From a virus (lineage: Duplodnaviria > Caudoviricetes), in the IMG/VR virus record IMGVR_UViG_3300020477_000716, positions 1 to 29,998 of that record: a DNA stretch of 29,998 nucleotides, one strand, 5' to 3'. The number at the start of each line of letters is the position of its first letter. Position 1 is the first letter of the stretch. Both the position numbers and the translations under genes were made by a program. This document shows, piece after piece, positions 1 to 8,589 of the stretch. The notes beneath the pieces are model-generated. The model was not told the origin of the DNA and ran no database searches. It saw nothing but the letters and a program-made list of their open reading frames with translations.

Positions 1-440
1 GCCACTGGATCGTAGAGCAGCCGGTGTGGTAGCGACATCCCATCGTGGGGGCTTTCCACCGCTCAGCGATCCGTCGCTACAGTAGTTATCGGCAACCTAT
101 GGGCTGACCATTAGATAATTCGAGGATGATTAGAAAATAAATCAGATGGATGGGGGGGGCTGGGCTGGTGTTATCCCAAGCCCGCAGCGAATCACGCACG
201 CGCGTACCCACTTCGCCCCATAAATGCAATGGATTGCACACACTGGACACACCAACGCAAACACAATGCCCAGCACTAGCCCAGCACAGTCCGATAACAT
301 CACTTATGTTAAGATCGGCACGAATGGCCGAATATGGGACCCGTTGCTTTGGATTGCTTCCCTGAAAACCGAACCGACCCCTCCCGTCCTTTCGCTCACG
401 TAGAGTACTTATCAAGCCTCCACAGACACGGAGATTTCAA
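1..440. promoter_or_regulatory. Non-coding leader; candidate late-control or packaging-initiation region
   Basis: No convincing ORF. Contains a G8 run (152-159), palindromes TGCAAT-gg-ATTGCA (225-238) and TAACAT-n5-ATGTTA (295-311), and direct repeat GCCCAGCAC (268-276, 279-287). No clean sigma70 -35/-10 pair seen. Confidence 0.35.
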
Positions 441-704
441 ATGTGGCGATGGTTTTTGATTACACTGCTAGGGACGGTAGTGCTGATGGGGGCCGTAGTG
501 GCCCAGTTAGTTGCCGTGGTTATATGTTCGGCGGGGGACCCGACCCTGATCCTATGTTCAATCGTCATTGGTAACAGTGTTGCCACGACGTTGTTGGTGT
601 TTTGGTGTCAGTACACGGATCGCGTGTGGCGTGATCGTTGCTGGCGAGAGAAGCTACTTAGGGAGATGAGTGATGAGAAGGGACCCCGCACGAAGGTTCG
701 TTGA
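441..704 (+). CDS. Small membrane protein with two predicted TM helices (holin-like topology)
   Basis: GGAG 7 nt before the ATG. Two hydrophobic stretches (WFLITLLGTVVLMGAVVAQLVAVVIC and LILCSIVIGNSVATTLLVFW) and a highly charged C-terminal tail. The holin role is inference. Confidence 0.6.
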   Translation: MWRWFLITLLGTVVLMGAVVAQLVAVVICSAGDPTLILCSIVIGNSVATTLLVFWCQYTDRVWRDRCWREKLLREMSDEKGPRTKVR

Positions 705-1518
705 GGTGCTGATTGCACTGGCCGCTATTTCGCTGATGGCTGGCTACGCTACGGCCCACGAGCAGACGTTACCGAAGGACGTACCGTCCTACATGCAGGA
801 CATCAGCGTCACGATCAAGGCGGGGTTCTCAGAGGGGAGCGGTGTAGCTATCGACCGGAACGGCACGACGTTCGTATGGACGGCGGGTCACGTGGTGGAC
901 GGCTTGCGTAGCATGCGTAAGGTGACTGATCCGAAGACGGGGACCCCCCGCACGATCATCGAGTTCAAGGATGCGAAGATCGTGAAGACGTTGGTGGAGG
1001 ACGGTCGCACGGTTGGGTATCTGCATCTGGATGCGGAGGTTATCCGCTACAGCGATGCGGACCACGGGCATGACTTGGCGATCTTGAAGGTTCGCAAGAA
1101 GGGTGCCATCAAGACGAGTGCGATCTTCTATGACGAAGCGAAGCCTCCGAAGCTGGGGACCCAGTTATTTCACGTGGGCAGTCTGCTTGGCCAAGTAGGC
1201 TCAAACAGCATGACGACAGGGATCGTGAGTGCCCATGGGAGACTTATCGGAAAGACCATTTACGACCAGACTACGGTCACGGCATTCCCCGGTTCTAGTG
1301 GCGGTGGTGTGTACTTGACGGACGGTCGATATGTAGGGATGCTTGTTCGTGGAGCGGGAGAAGGCTTCAATCTGATTGTTCCGGTACGCAGGATGCGTTC
1401 ATGGGCGAAGAAGGCCAAGATGGAGTGGGCTTTGGACCCTCGGGTAAAGATGCCCACGGACGAAGAGATGAAGAAGATTCCCGTTGAGGATATTGGAGCA
1501 GACTTTGGGGGGAAATGA
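670..1518 (+). CDS. Trypsin-like (S1/HtrA-type, no PDZ) serine protease with an N-terminal signal peptide or anchor
   Basis: Motifs GSGV, WTAGHVV (His codon 889), DLAILKV (Asp 1072) and PGSSGGG (Ser 1297). Basic N-terminus, hydrophobic core and A-T-A cleavage-like site. Start is GTG 670 or ATG 673. Confidence 0.92.
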   Translation: MMRRDPARRFVEVLIALAAISLMAGYATAHEQTLPKDVPSYMQDISVTIKAGFSEGSGVAIDRNGTTFVWTAGHVVDGLRSMRKVTDPKTGTPRTIIEFKDAKIVKTLVEDGRTVGYLHLDAEVIRYSDADHGHDLAILKVRKKGAIKTSAIFYDEAKPPKLGTQLFHVGSLLGQVGSNSMTTGIVSAHGRLIGKTIYDQTTVTAFPGSSGGGVYLTDGRYVGMLVRGAGEGFNLIVPVRRMRSWAKKAKMEWALDPRVKMPTDEEMKKIPVEDIGADFGGK

Positions 1519-2120
1519 TGGCAGAGATTAGCTCGACTGAATTGTCTGTTCTTTTGAAGGCAGACGGTAGGTGGGACGAATTCAAGGCTTTTAGACAAGC
1601 CGCTGAATTGCGGGGGCATACCAAGAAGGAGAGCTACGCTCTGGCGGCTGCTCAATTCGGCTATGACTCGGGGGCCTCGGCGTCCCCCCCCAGCAACTCC
1701 CCGCAGGTGTCGGGGTCCCCCGAGTTGCCGAAAAAGTATGCGAAGAAGGAGGAGTTTGGCGGCGAGACTTCTTCTTTGAAGCAGGATTACCAGTGGGTGT
1801 ATGACAACCTCGCCGTAGAGGACGTGACCCCGAAGGAGAGTCCCAGTAGCGGGGCTTGGGGATTGTTGCAATTTGCCCGCACCGACCCGAAGAGTTTCTA
1901 CGTCGAGTGGATGCGGATGGTATCTCGTCAGGAGAGTTCTGACGAGGTAATGGAGGGGTTTGCTCAAGATGCCACGCGCTCCGCAGATGAAATCGCCTCG
2001 ATGGTCAGACTCCTCAGGGATGCTGCTGGTCTCGGAAGTCCCGAAGACGCTGGAGGAGAACCTGCTGTTCCGGCAGACGATCCTCCAAAGAAGCGGAAGC
2101 GACAGAAGTCTACAGCGTGA
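1515..2120 (+). CDS. Putative terminase small subunit / hypothetical protein
   Basis: 201 aa, ATGA-coupled to the protease stop and directly upstream of and overlapping terL. Helical segments and a basic C-terminus. Function inferred from position only. Confidence 0.5.
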   Translation: MMAEISSTELSVLLKADGRWDEFKAFRQAAELRGHTKKESYALAAAQFGYDSGASASPPSNSPQVSGSPELPKKYAKKEEFGGETSSLKQDYQWVYDNLAVEDVTPKESPSSGAWGLLQFARTDPKSFYVEWMRMVSRQESSDEVMEGFAQDATRSADEIASMVRLLRDAAGLGSPEDAGGEPAVPADDPPKKRKRQKSTA

Positions 2121-3831
2121 CCTGTGGGACGCCTGTAGCAGGGACATCCTGTTTTGGATCAATGCTTTTGCGTGGACGTATGACCCCCGTGTGATCAAGG
2201 ATGGTCGCAGCCCGAAGCTGCCGTTCATCACTTGGCCCTTCCAAGACAACGCATTTCTGTGTCTTGATGAGTCCATCGGGATGACGGATGTCATCGTGGA
2301 GAAGTCCCGTGACATGGGGGCTTCGTGGATTTGCTTGACCACGTTTGCCTACCACTGGCTGTTCCGGCCCATGGAGAGCTTCCTGATGGTTAGCCGGAAG
2401 GAGGCATTGGTGGATGGTGCGGGGGACTCGTTGTTCTCTCACATCGACTTCATCCTCAAGGGTCTTCCTGCGTGGATGCGTCCTCAGAGGAAGCGGAACA
2501 AGCTGAAGCTGATCAACGAGGAGAACGGCTCAAAGATCGAGGGCGAGTCGACCACGGACAACATCGGTCGTGGCGGTCGTCGTACGGCGATGCTCATCGA
2601 CGAGTTCGCCGCATTCGATCAGGGAGGTTGGGACGTGTTGAGTGCGACGGCAGACAACACGAACACCCGCCTGTTCAACTCGACCCCCAACGGAACGGGC
2701 AATGCGTTCTTCGCCCAGTTGGAGGGAGGGACCCCAAGGATCAGGATGCACTGGTCTGCTCACCCCGAGAAGGGTGCTGGTCTGTACCGGCCTTCTCGTC
2801 TTGGCGGGGTGGAGATCATCGACAAGGACTACATCTACGACAAGGACTTCAAGTTCGTAGGAGAGGTCCCCAGCGGAGAAGAGGGGTTCCGTTCTCCTTG
2901 GTACGACCGCGAGTGTATTCGTCGTAGTCACGCCGTTGAGATCGCCACCCAGCTTGATATCGACTACCAAGGGTCGGCCTACCCCTTCTTCGACCCGCAG
3001 ACGATGAGGGATCTCAAGCTGGAGTTTTGCCGTGAGCCAACCAGTGTTGGAAACCTCAGAGTTTTAGATGGGTACGAACCCGAGTATATTGAGGATGAAA
3101 AGGGCGACCTAAGGATATGGTGTGAGCTTGACGAAGAAGGCAATCCTCCGAGCGACCGCGATTACGTTATTGGTTGCGATGTGTCTCAGGGTACTGGGGC
3201 GAGCGATTCTGCTCTGTCAGTGGGGGATCGTGTATCGGGCGAAAAGGTCGCAGAGCTTTGTTCTAATCAGATCAGCGCGAATCGTTTTGCGGAGTTGGCT
3301 GTTGCGTTGTGCCGCATGTTCAGCGGCTCTGGCGGAAGAGGTGCTTACCTTATCTGGGAAGCAACTGGGCCGGGGCGAACCTTCGGACGAACGGTAGTGG
3401 ACGATTGCCGTTACTCGAACATATACTACAAGACTGACGAGACCAGTATTCGCCGCAAGGAGTCAGATAGGCCGGGGTGGTTTAGTAGTGCCGAGGCGAA
3501 GAAGGACCTACTAACCGGCTACAGGGACTCTCTTGTTGCAAAGACGTTTTTGAATCCATCCCTCAAGGCAATCAGTCAAGCGTTGGAGTTTATTTACACC
3601 ACGAACGGACGCATCGAACACGGTGGTGCGTTGAACTCGGTAGATCCCTCCGACTCTGGAGACAACCACGGTGACATTGTTATCGCTGATGCCCTGTGTT
3701 GTAAGGTGGTTCGCGAACGTCAGCAGAAAAGAAAACACAAGCACGCCGCTCCCCCTCACGTCATGTCTTTTCAGTGGCGTCGCAATCAGAGGGCTAGGGA
3801 CGAGGCATTGGCAAGGGATGGGTGGGACTGA
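2020..3831 (+). CDS. terL: Terminase large subunit
   Basis: Walker A-like VEKSRDMGASW, Walker B AMLIDEFA, coupling motif FNSTPNG, RNase H-like nuclease YVIGCDVSQG and C-terminal HGDIVIADAL. The frame is open from 1960; ATG 2020 (MLLVSEVPK) is my preferred start. Confidence 0.93.
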   Translation: MLLVSEVPKTLEENLLFRQTILQRSGSDRSLQRDLWDACSRDILFWINAFAWTYDPRVIKDGRSPKLPFITWPFQDNAFLCLDESIGMTDVIVEKSRDMGASWICLTTFAYHWLFRPMESFLMVSRKEALVDGAGDSLFSHIDFILKGLPAWMRPQRKRNKLKLINEENGSKIEGESTTDNIGRGGRRTAMLIDEFAAFDQGGWDVLSATADNTNTRLFNSTPNGTGNAFFAQLEGGTPRIRMHWSAHPEKGAGLYRPSRLGGVEIIDKDYIYDKDFKFVGEVPSGEEGFRSPWYDRECIRRSHAVEIATQLDIDYQGSAYPFFDPQTMRDLKLEFCREPTSVGNLRVLDGYEPEYIEDEKGDLRIWCELDEEGNPPSDRDYVIGCDVSQGTGASDSALSVGDRVSGEKVAELCSNQISANRFAELAVALCRMFSGSGGRGAYLIWEATGPGRTFGRTVVDDCRYSNIYYKTDETSIRRKESDRPGWFSSAEAKKDLLTGYRDSLVAKTFLNPSLKAISQALEFIYTTNGRIEHGGALNSVDPSDSGDNHGDIVIADALCCKVVRERQQKRKHKHAAPPHVMSFQWRRNQRARDEALARDGWD

Positions 3832-5612
3832 TGAATCCTAAGAATTCAAAGCACATGGACCGTCTCCACAATGCCCTTGAGGCGTCTCGCCGGAAGCTGG
3901 AGCCGTTCCGCCGCAGGCACAAGGAAGCTATCGAGCAGTATGTCGGGGTTTATTATTCCGACGACGCAGCGACCAAGCCCGTTCACGTCAACCTGATGGA
4001 GTTGTCTGCGAACATCTATCAGCAGAACTTGGCCTCACGGCCACCTCGTGTTTCGATCTTTTGCCAAAACCCCCAGTTCCGGTCTCAGGCCAAGAAGCTT
4101 GAGGTCGTGATGAATCAGAAGCTGACAGACTACAAGCTGCACCAAGCGTTGCAGCGTGCGGTTCGGTCGGCCCTGTTCAGCATGGGCATCGTGAAGGTCG
4201 GCCTCCAGTCGTTGGGCGACTACTCCGTGGACGGCTACGAGTTCAGTCGCACCGAGCCTTTCGTCGAGTCCATCCTCTTGGACGACTGGGTTCACGACAT
4301 GACGGCCCGTGTCCCCGAAGAAGTCGCCTACGAGGGTCACCGATATCGCATCCTGAGGAGTGAGGCTGTCGAGGACAAGTCGTTCCGCAAGAACGTGAGA
4401 GAGAAACTCCGCAACGCAGAGTATTCAAACTTCAACGAGTCTGGCGACGAACGCATCCACACCCTGTCGCAGGGATGGTCGTCCGCAGACGAGGAGATGG
4501 ACCCGCGAATTGAGTTGTGGGAGGTTTACCTGCCGAAGGAGAAGCTGCTCCTCACGGTCATCCCCAACGACTCTGGCCCTCCTCTTCGTGTCGTCGATTG
4601 GGACGGTCCCCCGAACGGCCCCTTCCACAAGCTGTTCTTCAATGAGGTGGACGGCCAGTCGATGCCCCTCGCCCCCGCGATGCTGTGGCAGGGCTTGCAC
4701 CGCATCGTCAACGGCTTGTACCGGAAGCTTGATCGTCAGGCACAGCGGGTGAAGCATGTCGGCGTGACCCGTGGTGAGGATAGCGAGGATGCAGAACGCC
4801 TCCGCTTGGCAAGTGACGGAGATGTCGTTGCGGTCGACAACCCCGACGCCATTCAAGCAAAGAGCTTTGGCGGGGTGGATCAAAGCAACTTTGCATTCAT
4901 GCTTCAGTCGAAGGAGATGTTCTCTTGGCTGAACGGCAACTTGGACGCACTGGGTGGCCTCGGCCCCCAAGCCGAGACCCTTGGTCAGGACCAGTTGCTC
5001 TACTCCTCGGCCAACCAGCGAATGTCTGGAATGCAGGACCGTGTGTATCTCTTCACGAAGAGGGTGCTGCACGACTTCGGACACTACCTTTGGGAGAACC
5101 CGACAGAGACCTACCCAGCGGAGATTGAACTGGGCGGGGGGATGGACCCCCTTGACTCTCCGTTGACCCCAGAGGATCGGATCGGGGCAAAATACTACAA
5201 CTACGAGATCAACGTCGAACCGCACTCGATGCAGTATCGTTCACCGGCCCAGCGGATGCAGCAGTTGAATCAACTGGTCACGGGCGTGTTCATGCCAGCC
5301 ATGCCCATGCTGATGCAGCAAGGCATGCAGATCAACTTCTCTGAGCTTGTGAAGATGTACAGCAAGTACGCTGACTTGCCAGAGTTGCTGGACATCATCA
5401 AGACCCCCTCAGGCTTGGGAAGCTTGACACAGGGTTCCGAGGAGGGTCAGGTCGGCTCCCCCAGCACGACACACAGGATCAACGAGAGAATATCCCGACC
5501 GGGGGCCACCCCTCAGGGCGCGGAGCAGACGTTGATCAACACCATGATGGGTGGTAGAAATCAGGGCAGCGAAAATGCTGGCGCAATGCGACAACTAACA
5601 GGGATGGGATAA
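3831..5612 (+). CDS. Portal protein (P22/T7-like size)
   Basis: ~593 aa directly after terL with TGATG overlap at 3829-3833. SALFSMGIVKVG and IELWEVY segments and a Gln/Met-rich helical C-terminus typical of podoviral portals. Confidence 0.85.
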   Translation: MNPKNSKHMDRLHNALEASRRKLEPFRRRHKEAIEQYVGVYYSDDAATKPVHVNLMELSANIYQQNLASRPPRVSIFCQNPQFRSQAKKLEVVMNQKLTDYKLHQALQRAVRSALFSMGIVKVGLQSLGDYSVDGYEFSRTEPFVESILLDDWVHDMTARVPEEVAYEGHRYRILRSEAVEDKSFRKNVREKLRNAEYSNFNESGDERIHTLSQGWSSADEEMDPRIELWEVYLPKEKLLLTVIPNDSGPPLRVVDWDGPPNGPFHKLFFNEVDGQSMPLAPAMLWQGLHRIVNGLYRKLDRQAQRVKHVGVTRGEDSEDAERLRLASDGDVVAVDNPDAIQAKSFGGVDQSNFAFMLQSKEMFSWLNGNLDALGGLGPQAETLGQDQLLYSSANQRMSGMQDRVYLFTKRVLHDFGHYLWENPTETYPAEIELGGGMDPLDSPLTPEDRIGAKYYNYEINVEPHSMQYRSPAQRMQQLNQLVTGVFMPAMPMLMQQGMQINFSELVKMYSKYADLPELLDIIKTPSGLGSLTQGSEEGQVGSPSTTHRINERISRPGATPQGAEQTLINTMMGGRNQGSENAGAMRQLTGMG

Positions 5613-6673
5613 TGACCGAAATCATCGAGCAGGATGTTTACTACGAGGAATTCGATCCCGAAACCGGTCTGCATCTGGGGACACGATCCAACATGCCCCC
5701 AGACCACGTCATAGCTGCTGGGGAGAAGGCCATAAGGGATTGGTATTACCGCCAAAAAGTGAGGGACGAGATCGGCCTAGAGTCAGGGCCTCCTCGTTAC
5801 TACCCCCCCGGTGAGTACCCTGAGAGGGGGGGCATCAGGACGTTCGTTGGGGGTGAGTCTTGGAACCCCAACACGGCTCAACATCTGGAGAGGATGAGGA
5901 AACGTGATAGAGAAAACACAGGGAGTGGTCGTATGAGGGTCGCCGCCAACTATTCGATTCCACCTGAAAGCCGTATGAGTCAGGCGGGTCCATCTCGGCA
6001 GTCTGACATCCAACAGACGCAGTTTTCAAGAGACCCACGTGCGGCAGCACAGGCAACTCGCTCGTCACCACTGGTGCCGGGAAGAACCAGCCCCATGCCT
6101 CGGTACTACGAGCCGCACGGGCCGAACCCCGGCCCGCGACAGCCTCTTCAGAGAGAGGTTGCCCCGTCGATGCTGGTCCCCGACGTGACCGTACCTCGCC
6201 CATTGCCGGGGTCCTCGTTCCCTCCGTACACGCCGCAAAGTCAGACCGGCCAGTATGGATGGCGAAAGAAGATGGCAGAAAAGGAACGAAAGCACAAGAA
6301 GGCCATCGACAAGCTCACCAGAGAGAAGAGAAAAGCTGAGAAGGAGCTAAGTGATCTCCTTCAAGAGATGGACGGCCTGCGGAGGGGTGCAGAAAGGCCC
6401 GAGAGGATTTCCCCCAGCCTGACCGCCCAGTCGATCATGGGGCCGACATCGCCGCCACCACCACCTTTTTCTCGGCTGGTTCCACCGTCGTACCAGTCTC
6501 CACCGCCGCCACCGTTGCCCACGAATGTTCCGCCACGTCGTCCCGCCCAGTTGCAGTACCAACCGGTAAGGGAAGGGATGATGGACACTCAAAGGAACCG
6601 GCTCAACCCTTGGTCTCCAGCCGGTCAGTACCCATTCCGCAGTCAGTACGACAGAACGACGTACCCACGTTAG
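5612..6673 (+). CDS. Pro/Arg-rich, largely disordered protein with a central basic coiled coil
   Basis: TAATG coupling to the portal. 353 aa with SPPPPP tracts and the helix KKMAEKERKHKKAIDKLTREKRKAEKELSDLLQEM. Confidence 0.72.
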   Translation: MTEIIEQDVYYEEFDPETGLHLGTRSNMPPDHVIAAGEKAIRDWYYRQKVRDEIGLESGPPRYYPPGEYPERGGIRTFVGGESWNPNTAQHLERMRKRDRENTGSGRMRVAANYSIPPESRMSQAGPSRQSDIQQTQFSRDPRAAAQATRSSPLVPGRTSPMPRYYEPHGPNPGPRQPLQREVAPSMLVPDVTVPRPLPGSSFPPYTPQSQTGQYGWRKKMAEKERKHKKAIDKLTREKRKAEKELSDLLQEMDGLRRGAERPERISPSLTAQSIMGPTSPPPPPFSRLVPPSYQSPPPPPLPTNVPPRRPAQLQYQPVREGMMDTQRNRLNPWSPAGQYPFRSQYDRTTYPR

Positions 6674-6682
6674 GAGACAGAC

Positions 6683-7318
6683 ATGGCATACCCGCCCCAG
6701 TACAGACCAACGCCACCCCCAGAAGCCCTCCGTCGAGTTTCTGCCTCCATGGAGGTCCCCGGCGCGGGTTACAACATCACGGATGCTAGGACTGGACTGC
6801 CTCCCGCCCCAGCAGCCCCAGCACAATTTCCTGTTCATCCAGCAGGGGGAATGGGTCCAGCGGTCCCTCCGAGGATGACTCCGCAGGATCATCGGATTGA
6901 GGAGTGGAGAAGGCTGCACTTCGAGGAAGGCCCCGAGGCCGCTGCTGCGTTTCTTCGGGGGGACAAAAGGGACCCCAGTAGACCCTCTCGAATGCTTGGG
7001 AAGAAGTTCCTTGGTTACAAGGTCCCCAAGGAGAGGAAGAAACTGGAGTCGAAGATAAACAAAGCCTCGCAGCGAGTTGCTGACATACAACGCCGCATCT
7101 TCAAGGCTCAGAAGGAACTCCAAGAGGCCAGTGGCGTCCCGTACATGCAGGGGTTTTCTCAGCCGCCACCGCCGCCGATCCGCGCTGCGGCTAACAGGCC
7201 CGTACGTCAGATTCCTCTTCCTCTTGGAACACCAGCCGCCGCAAACAGGCCGGTGTTCCCCCAGTCGGGACCGTTGCCACAGATTCCCGGCGGCGGCTTT
7301 AGCCAAGGCGGATATTAG
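6683..7318 (+). CDS. Pro-rich, largely disordered protein with a basic coiled coil
   Basis: AGGAG RBS fused to the upstream TAG. 211 aa with ERKKLESKINKASQRVADIQRRIFKAQKELQEA followed by QPPPPP and AAANRPV twice. Confidence 0.75.
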   Translation: MAYPPQYRPTPPPEALRRVSASMEVPGAGYNITDARTGLPPAPAAPAQFPVHPAGGMGPAVPPRMTPQDHRIEEWRRLHFEEGPEAAAAFLRGDKRDPSRPSRMLGKKFLGYKVPKERKKLESKINKASQRVADIQRRIFKAQKELQEASGVPYMQGFSQPPPPPIRAAANRPVRQIPLPLGTPAAANRPVFPQSGPLPQIPGGGFSQGGY

Positions 7319-7326
7319 GAGTAATC

Positions 7327-7614
7327 ATGGGGGTTGTGTACCGAGTAAACGGGAAGAGCGTTTCCCGTAAGGAGTTCAACAAGAACCCCAAGGGGGCCGG
7401 TAACATTCGGCGGTCTTGGGAGTCGTCTTCTGTCATAAAGTCGGAGGGTGCAGCCGTGCATCCCGTGGACAGAGAGGCGGCAATTGCACATGCTAAGAAG
7501 CACGGGGTGCCAACCCATTTTGACAAGATGGGCCGACCTCACTTCACGAGTCTGAGGCATCAAACCGACTTCCTGAAGAAGATCGGTATGCACAATAAAG
7601 ACGGTATTCACTAA
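7327..7614 (+). CDS. Small basic hypothetical protein between portal and scaffold
   Basis: AGGAG RBS; 95 aa; fills the gap exactly; globular-looking C-half (AVHPVDRE...HGVPTHFDKMGRPHFTS). Confidence 0.78.
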   Translation: MGVVYRVNGKSVSRKEFNKNPKGAGNIRRSWESSSVIKSEGAAVHPVDREAAIAHAKKHGVPTHFDKMGRPHFTSLRHQTDFLKKIGMHNKDGIH

Positions 7615-7626
7615 GGGAGTTGCAAG

Positions 7627-8577
7627 ATGGCTGAAGAGAAAACAGAAGTCGTGGAAGAGGTTGAAGCACAGCCGGAAGCCTTCATCACAGACGATGAAGT
7701 CCAGCAGAGAATTGACGAGGGGAACGAGTACGTAGACGAAGAGCCTACGCTAATTATCCCTGAGGAGGTCGAAGCGGAAGTCGAGACAGAGGAAGAATCA
7801 GAAGCAGTTGACTCCGTCGATATTGACGGAGGGGAAAGTGGTGGGACGACACAGCCTGATTCGACGCCTCCCCCCCAGCACAATTGGTCAGACGACCACT
7901 TTAGCTGGGGTCGTTACCTCAACCTGAGCCGCGACGAGGTCATGAACTTCGCCGGGGGTCCTGCTGCATTCGAGAGAATGGTTCAGCAGGTTAGTTCTGC
8001 TGTTGGTGTTGAACACAACCAGCCGCAGTACACCGGCACGGACGAGTTCGAGTTTGACGACGAGGTTGACGATGATGACCCGTTGTCAAAAATGAACCGC
8101 CATTATTCAAATCAGATTTCTGATATGAAGTCAGAGTTAGAGCAGCTAAAGGGCATAAATAATGCCCTGCAAGCTAAGGAGCAGCAGCGTGCTGCACAGG
8201 CTAAGGCTGACGAATTTGATGCAATCTGTAATACTATGGACGAAGGGTTGTTCGGCAGAGGTTCCTATGTTGATCTAGGAGCCGACAGTGCTGGCAACCG
8301 TAAGACTTTGGCGGATGCGGTTTCCCGCCTCGGTTATGGATACGCTGCTCGCGGTGAAACTGTTCCCGTCATGCGGCAACTGGTGAAGGAAGCCTATGGG
8401 GCGACCTTCGGATCTGTCATCGAAAACCAAACTCTTAGAAAGGCGTCAGAGAAATCCAAGAAGATGGGTTCCCAGACGACGGCCAAGCCGACGCACACGG
8501 AGTCCCAGCCCGCCGATGCAGAGCAGGCTGCTATTCAGGCTGCTTACAAGTGGCAAAAAGAAAAGGGATGGATTTGA
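7627..8577 (+). CDS. Putative capsid scaffolding protein
   Basis: GGGAG RBS. Very acidic N-terminus, central coiled coil (ISDMKSELEQLK...AKEQQRAAQAKA) and short C-terminal helix. Lies immediately upstream of the capsid gene. Confidence 0.7.
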   Translation: MAEEKTEVVEEVEAQPEAFITDDEVQQRIDEGNEYVDEEPTLIIPEEVEAEVETEEESEAVDSVDIDGGESGGTTQPDSTPPPQHNWSDDHFSWGRYLNLSRDEVMNFAGGPAAFERMVQQVSSAVGVEHNQPQYTGTDEFEFDDEVDDDDPLSKMNRHYSNQISDMKSELEQLKGINNALQAKEQQRAAQAKADEFDAICNTMDEGLFGRGSYVDLGADSAGNRKTLADAVSRLGYGYAARGETVPVMRQLVKEAYGATFGSVIENQTLRKASEKSKKMGSQTTAKPTHTESQPADAEQAAIQAAYKWQKEKGWI

Positions 8578-8589
8578 CGGTTTTGAACT

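Noticed and set aside
86-415. Short ORFs 86-415 (-) and 150-365 (+)
   Set aside because: No convincing RBS or protein-like composition; they overlap each other and the palindrome-rich leader. They cannot be entirely excluded.
2082-2110. SV40-like nuclear localisation signal PPKKRKR implying a eukaryotic host
   Set aside because: It lies in the dual-coding overlap constrained by terL. SD motifs, coupled genes and intrinsic terminators indicate a prokaryotic virus.
2020-3831. Intein or intron in the terminase
   Set aside because: Length (~600 aa) and motif spacing are ordinary; no intein C-terminal HN-C/S/T junction with a LAGLIDADG insert and no frame break were seen.
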